A stretch of DNA of 64,000 nt from a virus. Both the position numbers and the translations under genes were made by a program. Under the pieces are notes generated by a model. It was not told the DNA's origin, searched no databases, and saw nothing but the letters and a program-made list of their open reading frames with translations. Positions 18,357-28,759 of the stretch are shown in pieces. The first letter of the stretch is position 1, and every line of letters starts with the position of its first letter. The DNA lies in IMG/VR virus record IMGVR_UViG_3300000976_000011, positions 1-64,000 of that record; one strand, 5' to 3'.

Positions 18357-19701
18357 AATTGTCTCTTTCTTTTATTTTATTTTTAAGTCCATTAGACATG
18401 CTACTTGGTAAATCATATAATCTCATATGATTATAATCAACTCCAATATTAAAATTACTCAAACTATTTTTAGCTGCTGTTCTAGTCTTAAGTATTTTTA
18501 GATAATATTGTTCTAATTCTTTTAATTCATCGTTTGATGTCAAACTTACAATAAAGTCTGCTGTTGCTGTCACACCAAAAGATTCTGCTGCATCATCTAA
18601 GTCTGGATCTGACGATGAATATCCACCTCTATTAAGTTGTTGCGCCGTCCAACAAATAGCATCCCACTTACAAGCTAATGCTCTTAATTCTTCAGACACA
18701 AACTTAAAGTAACTATTTGTATTCAGTCCAGATTTGCCAAAAGAAACAGTAGATGATGCTAATAATCCGATATAATCAACAATAATAATATCTGGCGTAA
18801 AACCATCTTTCTTAATTTTTAATTCTTCAATTAAATTATCAATATTTGCAGCTGAAGCACTGTGCGCAGGAAAGAATTTAATGAATAATTTACCATTTTT
18901 AGCTTTATCTTTAGCTTTAAATAGTTTTTTCTCATATTCTACTTCATTTAATTCATTTAGCTTATTAATATTATGCTTAAATAAATTAGCATCAATCCTT
19001 TGAGCTGTTACTTGTTCACTCATTTCACCAGTAACAAATAAAACATTAAGACCTTGATCTAAATAGCTAGCTGCTAGATGACATAAACATAATGATTTAC
19101 CGACGTTCACACCAGCATAAATCATATTTAGAGTACCTCTTGATACTCCGCCGTTTGTTGCTATGTTTAAAACGTTTAAATCAAATGGGATTTTATCTTC
19201 ATTTTCATTATAGAATTCATATCTTTCTCTATAATCAGCAAAGAAGTCATGACCTACAGAATTATCAAATGTTACTGCTAGAGCATCCGACATTAATTTG
19301 GGAATAGCAGTCTTAGATAGTTTTCCGCCTTCAGCTTGCGCTATTTCGATAGCTTCAGCGAGCGCGATGTATAAAGATCTATCTTTAGCATAGTTTTCAG
19401 CCTTAGTATACATATTATCATAAGACCACGTAGTACATGGAGCTTCAAATAATTTAGTAACAAGTTCTTCGGCTTCGTCTAAAGCGATAGCAGAAATATC
19501 TTTATCTTCATCTAAATCCAATAATACCTCTTCTTTAGACGGAACATGATTAAATTTTTGTATGTGATTACATATTGTAGAGAATACTTTTATTTCTGAG
19601 TGCTGTTCAAAGTAGTCGTCCTTTAAATGAACGACTACCTTTTTTGCAAAATCTTCAGACCATAAAATGTAACTCAGAATAGATTCTGAAATTGAGTACA
19701 T
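18292..19701 (-). CDS. 41: replicative helicase (gp41)
   Basis: AGVNVGKS Walker A, IIVDY, TAQQLNR, ESFG..ATAD. Confidence 0.97.
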   Translation of the reverse strand: MYSISESILSYILWSEDFAKKVVVHLKDDYFEQHSEIKVFSTICNHIQKFNHVPSKEEVLLDLDEDKDISAIALDEAEELVTKLFEAPCTTWSYDNMYTKAENYAKDRSLYIALAEAIEIAQAEGGKLSKTAIPKLMSDALAVTFDNSVGHDFFADYRERYEFYNENEDKIPFDLNVLNIATNGGVSRGTLNMIYAGVNVGKSLCLCHLAASYLDQGLNVLFVTGEMSEQVTAQRIDANLFKHNINKLNELNEVEYEKKLFKAKDKAKNGKLFIKFFPAHSASAANIDNLIEELKIKKDGFTPDIIIVDYIGLLASSTVSFGKSGLNTNSYFKFVSEELRALACKWDAICWTAQQLNRGGYSSSDPDLDDAAESFGVTATADFIVSLTSNDELKELEQYYLKILKTRTAAKNSLSNFNIGVDYNHMRLYDLPSSMSNGLKNKIKERDNYDKEKPKGRLENKKASQIDFS

Positions 19702-19733
19702 ATTTTATTATTCTTATTATTAAATGGTGGTGA

Positions 19734-19764
19734 ATTATATAACTAATTTTTATATGATGTAAAC
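19734..19764 (-). promoter_or_regulatory. sigma70-type promoter for gp41
   Basis: GTTTACA-18 nt-TATAAT. Confidence 0.75.
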
Positions 19765-19766
19765 AC

Positions 19767-20003
19767 TTATTTCATATAGATTTCTCCGGACATCTCTGCA
19801 ACATTACTGTTTAAAGAGAATTCTTGAATATATCCTTCATATAAATCCCAACATGTAACTGTTGCTTGTACTCCCGCATCTTCTTTATTAGTTTTACCTT
19901 TAATAAATGGCTTATTATTAAAGAAAAATGCGCTACCTAATTCTAAATCCAGCAACATTTTACTTTTTCGTTGAAGTTGAACTTTAATCTGACTCATCAT
20001 CAT
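19767..20003 (-). CDS. hypothetical protein
   Basis: GAGGAG SD before ATG at 20003. Confidence 0.55.
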   Translation of the reverse strand: MMMSQIKVQLQRKSKMLLDLELGSAFFFNNKPFIKGKTNKEDAGVQATVTCWDLYEGYIQEFSLNSNVAEMSGEIYMK

Positions 20004-21063
20004 ACTCCTCTTCTGTAGAACCAAATGTGAAATTTTCCATGGTCCATTCATTAATTTGATCTAATATTTCTTTAGTAAAAAATTTATCTGGATTCTTATT
20101 GATGGCTTTACCGAAATATGTTTTACCTTCACACTCAGGAATTGGAACAGAATACTTATTACCCACTTTTTCAAAAATACCAGCCTTTTCAGCGATTTCT
20201 AATAATCCAGAATGCTTAACTAATCCCTTATCAAATAATAATTTAACTCTTACTTGAGTTTTCTCTTTAGTCATTCTTGATTTAAAAGCAGTACATAAAA
20301 TATTTACTCCAGTATGTTCAGTACCTTCTTTTTCTTGAGATTTAGATAAAGTTATAATAGTATCTGAAATATAAACTGCAGCAGAGCCACCGCCAATAGT
20401 TACTTGACCTGGCATACCTCCAATAGAATCATATACTTGGCCAATTATAACAAATGGAATATTTAACCTAGCAACTCTTAAACCATTTACTCGAAATGCT
20501 GATTTTAAAAGTTGAGCTTTACGGCCCATATCCATAGTATTCTTTTTAGCGTCGGAGGCCATTGAAGTTTCAGCTTCGGTCGATAGCTGACCTAAAGAAT
20601 CTAAAATAAACATTAATTTATTTTCAGGAGCTTCTTTGGATTTAGGATCATGGTGTTTTTCATATTCATCTAAAATAGAACTTACACTTTGTCGCATTTC
20701 TTCAACTGTTGATGGTTGCAATACAACTACTCGTGAAACATCAATATTTCTTTCCTTTAGCATTTTACTAGTTAAAGCAAACTCGGAATCTAAATAAACG
20801 CAGATTCCTTTAGGATTATCTTTTAAGAAAGTTTTCATTAAAGAAACAGCGAAAAAAGATTTAGCACTTGATGATTTACCAGCAAACATACATCTACGAG
20901 AAGATGTCATACCTTCATAAATCGATCCGCTTATTAAAGCGTTCAAAGCATAATTACCAGTTGAGATTGAAAAGTTTCCACTTTCTCCAACGATTCCTTC
21001 GGAAGCGACTGAAGCATAAGGGTCACCAGAAGCCTTGACTAGGCTCTTTAATAGACTATTCAT
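19984..21063 (-). CDS. uvsX: UvsX RecA-like recombinase
   Basis: STG..ALNALISG, GKSSSAKS, LDSE, ILDSLG, GGG, KSR.TKE. Confidence 0.95.
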   Translation of the reverse strand: MNSLLKSLVKASGDPYASVASEGIVGESGNFSISTGNYALNALISGSIYEGMTSSRRCMFAGKSSSAKSFFAVSLMKTFLKDNPKGICVYLDSEFALTSKMLKERNIDVSRVVVLQPSTVEEMRQSVSSILDEYEKHHDPKSKEAPENKLMFILDSLGQLSTEAETSMASDAKKNTMDMGRKAQLLKSAFRVNGLRVARLNIPFVIIGQVYDSIGGMPGQVTIGGGSAAVYISDTIITLSKSQEKEGTEHTGVNILCTAFKSRMTKEKTQVRVKLLFDKGLVKHSGLLEIAEKAGIFEKVGNKYSVPIPECEGKTYFGKAINKNPDKFFTKEILDQINEWTMENFTFGSTEEEYDDESD

Positions 21064-21095
21064 GTATTACCTTTATTATTTTTATTATTAGTAAT

Positions 21096-21155
21096 GCCTC
21101 CGATCTAAATACCATCTGTGGGGGTAAATCTGGTTCGATATATAGACCAGAGGGC
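21096..21155 (-). promoter_or_regulatory. structured 5' leader of uvsX
   Basis: GC-rich island with GCC/GGC closing stem and CTGGT/ACCAG hairpin. Confidence 0.45.
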
Positions 21156-21174
21156 TTTTCTTTATTATGAAATT

Positions 21175-21204
21175 ATTATATACCTTAAAAGATATATTGT
21201 AAAC
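21175..21204 (-). promoter_or_regulatory. sigma70-type promoter for uvsX
   Basis: GTTTACA-17 nt-TATAAT. Confidence 0.8.
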
Positions 21205-21211
21205 ACTATTT

Positions 21212-23686
21212 TTAAAATAAACCAGCTGCTTCGGTTTTAGGTTTCATTGACCATCCAATTACATCAGTAACTTTATTTAAATTATTTGTAAAATTTTTGT
21301 TCCAAACCGCTTCATAATCTATGTATCTAAACATTGACTCTGGTAATTGATCTTTAAAAGCTATCATATTGTCGCCTATAGGATTAGGCATCAACAAAGG
21401 AACCAACTTTATTTTATCGCCTTCATATATTGGCTCTAAATCTATATCTTCTTTTTTTATTAGAGCATTAAAATTGATAGCGCCACGAATATGCGATTGT
21501 GCTCCCTTTTTATATGTATCTCCAGATAAGTATTTAGTAATATAATTAATACCTTTATTTTCAGCTATATGAACGATATGTTGCTTCATAAATTCAGGTT
21601 TAAATTTACTTATTCGTTTAATAACATCTTGCTCTGGTACTTCTAAAAGTATGTCTTTTACAATATCCTTTAACTCATTAGCAGCAAATGCAGGTGTAGA
21701 TGATTTGATAATTTCTAAGCCCATTATTTTTATTTTTGGTTCTTTGGGTCTATAACCTTCATCATCTAATACACATAAAGCATATCTTTTCTTTTTACAC
21801 CAAAAACCATTATCAGCGATAACCTCTCTACTCATATTTAGCTTATTTGAATAACAATTCAAATATTCAGAAAAGTCTACGAAAGTTTTATCGATGATTT
21901 TTCTTATAACTTGTTTTTCGAATTGATCGACAAATTCAAGCTTTTGGCTTTTAGACATTCCTGAGCATTCTCTATCAACAATATTACCAATTGTAAAATA
22001 AATTGAATCTGTATCTCCAGCGATAACTAAATCTTTACCTGAATTATGCTTCTTTAATTTATTATTTAATTGATCGGTTATTGATAGTAACGCAAGCTGA
22101 CCTGATTTAGTTATTGATTCAGCAAGTCTTAAGTCAAAATATTGACATTTATCTGAACCTAAAGCGCCATATAAACTATTAAGTAAAATTTTCATAGCGT
22201 GCTGAAATGTATCATGAAGAAGTTCATCTTCTTTTCTACCTTCAGTTTTCGCTTGTTTCATTTTTTTCTTTTCTGAATATCTTCTAGCAAATAACGTGCC
22301 CATTAATTCAGAAAAGAATGATTTTTTATCTGTTTTAAACATAAATCCAGATGGACATATGGTAATATTGTTTTCTTTTAATAGGGAAAAATCATACTCT
22401 TGATCCTTCATTCTATCAAAATCTATATTACAATAAAATTTTTGTAATTCTTCTGGTAATTCAAAAGGGTCTACTAACGTTTCTGGTCCTATGTTCCATT
22501 GTTCTATTATTTTTGGATATAGAGAATCGAAATCTTCTGAAAGAATCCACTTATGCTGTCCTATAACTGGAGGAATAACAAATGCACCCTTAAATGATTC
22601 ATCCTTCTTATTCATTCGAAATTTGATCTCAGGAACAATTTTCTGGTTCATTAAATGATGATATATTGTAGATTCCCAAGTTCGTATTGGGCTGGTAACA
22701 TCCTCGTAATTGACTTTACCAAAATTAGCCACTGTTATAGCTAATCTGATAAGATTTCTTACTTTATCTATGCCTTCTACTAATTCAACGTCTTTAATAT
22801 TATATTCCATAAAGAGTTGATAATTTTCTCTATATAGATTTTTTAAAGATGCATAATCTGAATAATCGATTTTCTTTTCGCCTAATTCAATTTCAGCAAT
22901 AGTATCAAGTTTGTAGTTTTCTCTAGGAATTAATACAAACTTCTTATATAGTGTTAAATAATCTAATCTAGATATTCCATATAAATCGACATATTGGGAT
23001 TCTCTGCCAAACGCGTCAGATCTAAAATATGAATTAGTTGCGCCATATGGCGAAAGTTTATTAGCATAGTCCTCACCAAATAATTTTTTTACTCTATTAT
23101 AAATGTATGGAATATCAAATGTATCAATATTCCATCCTGTGACCACATGTGGTTTTTCCTGGCGCCAAAATTCTACAAAATCTCTAACTAAATCTCTTTC
23201 AGATTTAAATTCTCTATAATCTACATCCTCTCTATCAGTAATAAATGTATCATCATTTAATGGAAGACCCCAAACATAATTTATTCCATTACATTTAATA
23301 GTAATAGCATTCATCGGCCATTCAGCTAAATGAGCTTCAGGAAATCCTTTTTCGACATCGACCTCGATATCTATATTAAATATTTTTACTTTTGAATAAT
23401 CAGTTACACACTCTTCAGGATATTTTTCGAACATAAACTGAACGAGAGCCTTTTTATCTCCATAAACTTTACCGCTTTGTTTCTTTTTTTGCCATAAAGT
23501 TTCTTTGAATTCTTTAATAGAACCATAACTTATAGGAGTTAAATAATTTTTTCTATCAGGAGTTAAATATTCTGTTTTCTTGGAAGCAGGAAAGAACAGC
23601 TTGGGCTGGAAATCATCTACTCGATAATCTCCATCAGTATCTCTAACTAAAATACTGTTTCCTAAATTTATACTATTTATGTACAT
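21212..23686 (-). CDS. 43: family B DNA polymerase (gp43)
   Basis: DIE, GWNI..FD, YNIKD exonuclease motifs; DFDSLYP, KILLNSLYG, GDTDS, KKRYA. Confidence 0.98.
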   Translation of the reverse strand: MYINSINLGNSILVRDTDGDYRVDDFQPKLFFPASKKTEYLTPDRKNYLTPISYGSIKEFKETLWQKKKQSGKVYGDKKALVQFMFEKYPEECVTDYSKVKIFNIDIEVDVEKGFPEAHLAEWPMNAITIKCNGINYVWGLPLNDDTFITDREDVDYREFKSERDLVRDFVEFWRQEKPHVVTGWNIDTFDIPYIYNRVKKLFGEDYANKLSPYGATNSYFRSDAFGRESQYVDLYGISRLDYLTLYKKFVLIPRENYKLDTIAEIELGEKKIDYSDYASLKNLYRENYQLFMEYNIKDVELVEGIDKVRNLIRLAITVANFGKVNYEDVTSPIRTWESTIYHHLMNQKIVPEIKFRMNKKDESFKGAFVIPPVIGQHKWILSEDFDSLYPKIIEQWNIGPETLVDPFELPEELQKFYCNIDFDRMKDQEYDFSLLKENNITICPSGFMFKTDKKSFFSELMGTLFARRYSEKKKMKQAKTEGRKEDELLHDTFQHAMKILLNSLYGALGSDKCQYFDLRLAESITKSGQLALLSITDQLNNKLKKHNSGKDLVIAGDTDSIYFTIGNIVDRECSGMSKSQKLEFVDQFEKQVIRKIIDKTFVDFSEYLNCYSNKLNMSREVIADNGFWCKKKRYALCVLDDEGYRPKEPKIKIMGLEIIKSSTPAFAANELKDIVKDILLEVPEQDVIKRISKFKPEFMKQHIVHIAENKGINYITKYLSGDTYKKGAQSHIRGAINFNALIKKEDIDLEPIYEGDKIKLVPLLMPNPIGDNMIAFKDQLPESMFRYIDYEAVWNKNFTNNLNKVTDVIGWSMKPKTEAAGLF

Positions 23687-23710
23687 TTTTACTTTTTTAT
23701 AAATATATTT

Positions 23711-24535
23711 ATGAATGAAATTAAAAACAAATATTCCAAATGGTATTATAACCTAATGGAATCAAGAAGTAAACTAAATAGGGTTAAATTATCAAAAGAT
23801 AATGCTGATTATGTTTATTACGAAAAACATCATATAGTCCCTAGAAGTTTAGGCGGATCAAATGACCCTGATAATCTAATACTGCTTACCGCTAGGGAGC
23901 ATTTTATAGCCCACTTATTGCTACCTAAATTTCTTATTGGAGCTCATAGAAAAAAGATGGTAAGAGCGCGCTGGTATCTTTCTAATTTATCAAAATATGA
24001 TAATGTTATAAATTCAAGAACTTTCGAAAAATATAGATTAGAATATTCTGGAATTATTTCAGGATCTAATCATCATAATTATGGTAAAGTGTTATCAGAA
24101 GAAACTAAAGCTAAAATGTCTGAATCTAGAACCGGACTAAAGAGATCAGAAGAAACTAAAGCTAAAATGTCTAAAGCAGCAAAAAGACGCCGATATTCTA
24201 AAGAAACTAAAGCTAAAATGTCTGAAAGTAAACAAGGTAAAAATCACCCGCTCTACGGTTGTAAGCATAGTTTAGAAACTAAAGCTAAAATGTCTGAATC
24301 CCATAAAGGAGAAAATAGTTACAAATTTAAAGGATATTATGTCACGCCATTTGGTAAATATGTAACTAGACGAGACTTTGATAAACATAAAGGGATAACT
24401 TCTAATTGGTGTATTAATAACCAAAAACTTGTTAATCTTTTATCATTTAATCGTTGTCCTTATTTACAATCTTTAGGAAAAAATGTTATTGGAAAATCAT
24501 TTAAACAATTGGGTTTTTATTTTGATAAAGTTTAA
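23711..24535 (+). CDS. HNH homing endonuclease with NUMOD3 repeats
   Basis: EKHHIVPRSLGG..NL..LTAREHFIAH; antisense to gp43; TATAAATA 5 nt upstream. Confidence 0.93.
   Translation: MNEIKNKYSKWYYNLMESRSKLNRVKLSKDNADYVYYEKHHIVPRSLGGSNDPDNLILLTAREHFIAHLLLPKFLIGAHRKKMVRARWYLSNLSKYDNVINSRTFEKYRLEYSGIISGSNHHNYGKVLSEETKAKMSESRTGLKRSEETKAKMSKAAKRRRYSKETKAKMSESKQGKNHPLYGCKHSLETKAKMSESHKGENSYKFKGYYVTPFGKYVTRRDFDKHKGITSNWCINNQKLVNLLSFNRCPYLQSLGKNVIGKSFKQLGFYFDKV
24098..24300 (+). repeat. four copies of GAAACTAAAGCTAAAATGTCT (ETKAKMS, NUMOD3)
   Basis: In-frame direct repeats seen in sequence. Confidence 0.85.
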
Positions 24536-25203
24536 AGGTCCATAATTTCTATTTCATTTTCTACAAAAGTTTTTAAGCTGTCTAAATCGCCATCGTTATT
24601 ATAATTCTTTTCTACCATAATGAAACGTTTATTTTTATCATTTTTATAAACCCACTCTCTAGAGTCACCGACGAAATTTTTAGCATTACGGAAAATACGT
24701 CCAATAATTCTTATTGGTGATAGTTTCGGTATTTGAGATTTTCTTTCAATTCTATATAGATAAAGTCTTATAGGATCAGATTTATTTTTTTCATTATATT
24801 CTTCGACAAGCTCACACAATCTATCAAATTCACACTGAAAACCTATATCAGTAATAATAAAATTATCAATATCATCTACATCAGCCTCAATTTTTTTAAA
24901 TAAAAGATCAGCAAATATTTCAGGATAGAAAGTAGTTTTAAGAAATTTTTCACCATAATCTATCATACATTGCCGGAACGTCGGAGAATTTGGAACATTT
25001 GGAAATAATGGTCTTCCTTTTCCTAATTCTCTGTAATATGAATATTCTTCATTATTAAAGCTAAAAGTAGCCTTTAAAGCATCACCGATTGGCTCTGCCA
25101 TTTTATATATTTTAGATTTACCAAGAGCTTTAGTAGAAAAATATTTTCCAAAAGTATCTTTACCTGCTCTAGGATGACCGTTTGCACAGATTATTTTTTT
25201 CAT
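24532..25203 (-). CDS. dNMP kinase (gp1-like)
   Basis: NGHPRAGKDT P-loop, TFRQ.MI..GE, IITD.GF..E. Confidence 0.8.
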   Translation of the reverse strand: MKKIICANGHPRAGKDTFGKYFSTKALGKSKIYKMAEPIGDALKATFSFNNEEYSYYRELGKGRPLFPNVPNSPTFRQCMIDYGEKFLKTTFYPEIFADLLFKKIEADVDDIDNFIITDIGFQCEFDRLCELVEEYNEKNKSDPIRLYLYRIERKSQIPKLSPIRIIGRIFRNAKNFVGDSREWVYKNDKNKRFIMVEKNYNNDGDLDSLKTFVENEIEIMDL

Positions 25204-25217
25204 GAATAAATAGGTAT

Positions 25218-25469
25218 ATGAGTGTTATAAAAATACCAAATGTTGTTAAGGCTGGTCAGGGTACTAGAAGTGTCGCCAGACGGCTTGATTCAGTATATGC
25301 TTATTTTGTAGGGTATATTACTGGCGGTTCGCCATCTGTGTTTGTTGGAGATGCTTCTGCAGCTCAGGTTGAACCTATGCCGATTCAACCAGTAATATCT
25401 GATGCATTACCAGAGTCAGATATAATAATATATGACTCTGGCTTCGTTAGAAAAAACGAAATGTTTTAA
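25218..25469 (+). CDS. PAAR/gp5.4-like small late protein (partial domain)
   Basis: SVARRLDSV and ITGGSPSVFVG resemble PAAR repeats; AATAAATA 5 nt upstream. Confidence 0.5.
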   Translation: MSVIKIPNVVKAGQGTRSVARRLDSVYAYFVGYITGGSPSVFVGDASAAQVEPMPIQPVISDALPESDIIIYDSGFVRKNEMF

Positions 25470-26371
25470 TCATCGTCACCGAAATAATTATCGAATTTAC
25501 CAGAAAAATCAGTAACGTCATCATCCAAAGTAGATTCATCAGCTTTCGCTTTTTCTTCTACCTTTTCAACAAGGTCATCTAATTCATCATCAAAACCTGC
25601 AGCTTTATTGGCAGATTCTTTTACTTCTTCATTTACTGCGCCTTCACCAGTCTTTTCATGAAATAATACTGCTAATTCATCATAAGACTTCATTTCAGAC
25701 TCGTATTTAAACTCCTTAATAGGATATAAAGATTCCACTACTTTTTCCAAAGTGGCTTGATCATCTTCATATAAGGCACTAGGAGCTTGGAAAGAAGATT
25801 TGTCATAATTAGGATATTCACCCTTCTTAATGATTTTAAAATTAAAATTTGCACCTTCATCAACATCAAACGGATCGATTGGCATCTCATCGTCAAATTC
25901 TGGCTTAATGCATGCTTTAATCATATTAAAAATAGATTTACCAAATTTGAACAGAAACACTTTTCCTTCGTTTGCTGGATTTGCAGGATCTTTAATAACT
26001 AAAATATTAGCCACATAGTGATATTTTCTGCTTCTAGCTTTAACATATTCAGGAACTAGAGAAGGCTCGCCGCCAGCGTCATCCCAATGTTTACCATTAG
26101 CTTGACATACTGGGCAATCTTCGCCTAAAGTAGTAGGACATTTCTCAACGAAATAGCCTTTATCTGTTTTAAAGAAGTGATCAAAGTACTGAGTCCATGG
26201 ATTACCTTCTAGATCTTGTTGAGGTAAAAATCTAATAATAGTATTAGCATTACCTTGTTTATCTCTAGTAGCTTGCCAGAAGCGCTCGTCTACTTGTCTG
26301 GTTTGATTAATTTTGTCAGCTAGGGCACCGACGCCTTTTCTTTTCTTTCTTAATTCACTTAAACTTGACAT
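25466..26371 (-). CDS. 32: single-stranded DNA-binding protein (gp32)
   Basis: DERFW, IRFLP, CP.T....CPVC, NILVIKDP, GANF, NYDKS, acidic tail. Confidence 0.97.
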   Translation of the reverse strand: MSSLSELRKKRKGVGALADKINQTRQVDERFWQATRDKQGNANTIIRFLPQQDLEGNPWTQYFDHFFKTDKGYFVEKCPTTLGEDCPVCQANGKHWDDAGGEPSLVPEYVKARSRKYHYVANILVIKDPANPANEGKVFLFKFGKSIFNMIKACIKPEFDDEMPIDPFDVDEGANFNFKIIKKGEYPNYDKSSFQAPSALYEDDQATLEKVVESLYPIKEFKYESEMKSYDELAVLFHEKTGEGAVNEEVKESANKAAGFDDELDDLVEKVEEKAKADESTLDDDVTDFSGKFDNYFGDDD

Positions 26372-26402
26372 TTATTTTATGCTCTTTTTATTATCATTTT
26401 AA

Positions 26403-26993
26403 TTATTTTATTATCGTTTCTAGTGTTATTTTTTCAAATACGACTAAATCAACATTCATGAAAGTTTTATACTTTTGTATTTTTAACTTGAATTCATTAA
26501 ATTGATCATCATCTTTGAGTGAGACATTCCTATCTAGGAATTTAAAATATATATCGAGCAACACTAGAGTCTCGAAACATATTTTATTCTGAATAAAGTA
26601 CTGGATAACTTTTGGAAGTTCTCCATGTTCACTTATTAGTTGACTCTTTATATTTATATGAGATAGAAATCTCAAATCACGAAAATAATAATCCTTTAAA
26701 TTCGCATTAATTTTCTTCCATTTTTCAAGTATATCATAAGATTCTTGAGATGTACTATTATATACTGAAAAGCCTTGATTGTAAACAAAATTTGCAACTA
26801 AATAATCTTTAAATGAATCTAAGTCTTTAAATTTATATCTAAACTTATTAAATAATCCTTTATCACGCCTTCTTAAGAATGATTGCCTAGATGCATTTAC
26901 TTTACCATTATACTTATTATAATTATATCCTTTTGAATTAAAGTGTCTTTGAATTGCTAAATATCTTACATAATAGTGATAACTATCAATCAT
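26403..26993 (-). CDS. 59: helicase loader (gp59)
   Basis: YLA..RHF...Y.Y.KYNGK...F..RRD..F, VANF, ETLV.LD. Confidence 0.92.
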   Translation of the reverse strand: MIDSYHYYVRYLAIQRHFNSKGYNYNKYNGKVNASRQSFLRRRDKGLFNKFRYKFKDLDSFKDYLVANFVYNQGFSVYNSTSQESYDILEKWKKINANLKDYYFRDLRFLSHINIKSQLISEHGELPKVIQYFIQNKICFETLVLLDIYFKFLDRNVSLKDDDQFNEFKLKIQKYKTFMNVDLVVFEKITLETIIK

Positions 26994-27321
26994 GATTTTC
27001 TAAAAAGAACTTAGTGGATTCCGCATCAAGTTTTATAAAATTTTCGCCTTGTATGCGAGATGAATTAGCACTTTGTAATTCTAACATATCTATTCGATTC
27101 TTTAATGAATTTATTTTGCATATAATAAATATTCCAGGCTCATACTTATCAAAATTATACCATTTAGAATTATACTCATTTTTAGATATGCTCATCTTAT
27201 TTTCAATATCTTTTAACTCATTTTTTAAACTGTTAATTAATTTAGGTAATTTTGAAAAATAAAGATCGACGTTAACTATTAATGTATTCATTTTAAAATA
27301 AGCCTTCTGGTAATCCTTCAC
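26986..27321 (-). CDS. hypothetical protein
   Basis: Packed ORF. Confidence 0.55.
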   Translation of the reverse strand: MKDYQKAYFKMNTLIVNVDLYFSKLPKLINSLKNELKDIENKMSISKNEYNSKWYNFDKYEPGIFIICKINSLKNRIDMLELQSANSSRIQGENFIKLDAESTKFFLENHD

Positions 27322-27514
27322 TTAGATCTATATTATATTCTTCAGATAATGTAATTCTGAAATTATCGCCTAGGAGTGGTACAACATCTTCTACATCTAC
27401 ATCAAAGGTTTCTGCTGTAGTTAAAATAGCATGAATTAGAGATTTAGGATAATCTTCTCTCAAAACTCTATCTAATTCAAAATTAAACGTATTAAATCTA
27501 TCGTTCATACTCAT
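27293..27514 (-). CDS. 33: late transcription coactivator (gp33-like)
   Basis: F..E......S.I.AI...E..DVD.E.V..LL pattern; near gp59/gp32 as in T4; GLF C-terminus. Confidence 0.7.
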   Translation of the reverse strand: MSMNDRFNTFNFELDRVLREDYPKSLIHAILTTAETFDVDVEDVVPLLGDNFRITLSEEYNIDLSEGLPEGLF

Positions 27515-27698
27515 TATAATCACCAAATTTTAATATTGACATTATTAAATTTATATCTAAATCCAATTTATTTAATTCTTCTTTAATTAACTTACGCCCT
27601 GCAACCATTTCAAAATGCTTATAATATAAATTAGCAAGTTCTGCAATTTCATGTTTATGAGTTTTTATATAAATGAATCTTACTAACTGTTTAATCAT
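27498..27698 (-). CDS. hypothetical protein
   Basis: Packed ORF. Confidence 0.5.
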   Translation of the reverse strand: MIKQLVRFIYIKTHKHEIAELANLYYKHFEMVAGRKLIKEELNKLDLDINLIMSILKFGDYNEYER

Positions 27699-27937
27699 TG
27701 TTTTATTTCATTCCTATAAAAAGATTCTATCATTGCTACTGTTGTAGCAGCAACTTGAACTAATTCTTCAATATAACCTTCATCATCATTTTCTAAATTA
27801 GCTTTGCATACTTCTCCGTATTCTTCGCCAAGAATACTACACCACCTATCAACTGAATGATTCTGTTCACCCCATTTAATGTCTTGATTTAATCTTTTAT
27901 TTTCGATTAGCTCGAATATCTCATCAATCGTTATCAT
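27695..27937 (-). CDS. MazG-like nucleotide pyrophosphohydrolase
   Basis: KWGEQNH..W..ILGEEYGEV..A...EELVQVAA. Confidence 0.85.
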   Translation of the reverse strand: MITIDEIFELIENKRLNQDIKWGEQNHSVDRWCSILGEEYGEVCKANLENDDEGYIEELVQVAATTVAMIESFYRNEIKQ

Positions 27938-28163
27938 TTTCTTTCCTTCCAATTAAAGCATCTATATCATCAGCATCCACTGTATAAATCGAGGTACGGT
28001 AACAAGTTTTTATATTTACTGGCATACCATCCAATAAAGCCTCAATAGATACTTCATTTAAATATCCATCAAAGACTTCTTGAAAAATTTCAAGTTCTGC
28101 ATGATACTTGCTTAATAGCGCTCTTAGATCTTTTAAGAACTCTAATTCGTTTTTCTTGCTCAT
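27924..28163 (-). CDS. hypothetical protein
   Basis: AGGAG SD. Confidence 0.65.
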   Translation of the reverse strand: MSKKNELEFLKDLRALLSKYHAELEIFQEVFDGYLNEVSIEALLDGMPVNIKTCYRTSIYTVDADDIDALIGRKENDND

Positions 28164-28180
28164 AAATAATTCTCCTTAAA

Positions 28181-28210
28181 GCGAGAGGATCATTAAAGTG
28201 TTCCTCTCGC
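28181..28210 (-). terminator. probable terminator hairpin
   Basis: GCGAGAGGA/TCCTCTCGC inverted repeat. Confidence 0.65.
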
Positions 28211-28234
28211 GTATATTTTAAAATGATTTTCTTT

Positions 28235-28747
28235 TTATCCATTATGAACAGTTTTATCTTCTACATGAGATTTCAATTTCTTCATAGTTCGCCGAATTAA
28301 TCGAGTCATAAATAAAACCATCACTAATACCGAAACCGAAATAAAGACATCTAAATAATTAATTGCTGTGAATGCTAGAAACGGAATTGTAAATAATATT
28401 CCACATCTTTTAATGAATTCAACACAAACTTCACCAGGACGAATAAATTGCGCTCTAAATTCTTCAATAGTTTCATCAATATCTATACTATAACTTCTAA
28501 AAGTTTTTCCTAAATGATCAGGATTTGAACTCAATCTATAGTAGCCATCATATTCGCAGTGGTATCTATATTTTCCATAACCACAAAATAAACTAAAAAG
28601 CCAATTTGTATTAATTAAAGACTTTTCTTCTTCAATCCAAGCAATAACCAACTGAATCGCTTTTCCACCTGCTAAAATAAAAACACATATAGCAAGCCAA
28701 AGAGCGAATCCGTATCCTAAGTGTTGTAAATCCATTGATATATTCAT
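28235..28747 (-). CDS. membrane protein
   Basis: Three hydrophobic segments. Confidence 0.7.
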   Translation of the reverse strand: MNISMDLQHLGYGFALWLAICVFILAGGKAIQLVIAWIEEEKSLINTNWLFSLFCGYGKYRYHCEYDGYYRLSSNPDHLGKTFRSYSIDIDETIEEFRAQFIRPGEVCVEFIKRCGILFTIPFLAFTAINYLDVFISVSVLVMVLFMTRLIRRTMKKLKSHVEDKTVHNG

Positions 28748-28759
28748 AATTTAATTTTC

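Noticed and set aside
21130-21150. LexA/SOS box upstream of uvsX
   Set aside because: CTG...CAG spans 21 nt rather than the 16-nt CTG-N10-CAG; better explained as an RNA hairpin.
24098-24300. 21-nt direct repeats with variable spacers resembling a CRISPR array
   Set aside because: In-frame NUMOD3 (ETKAKMS) repeats inside an HNH gene; irregular spacing; no cas genes.
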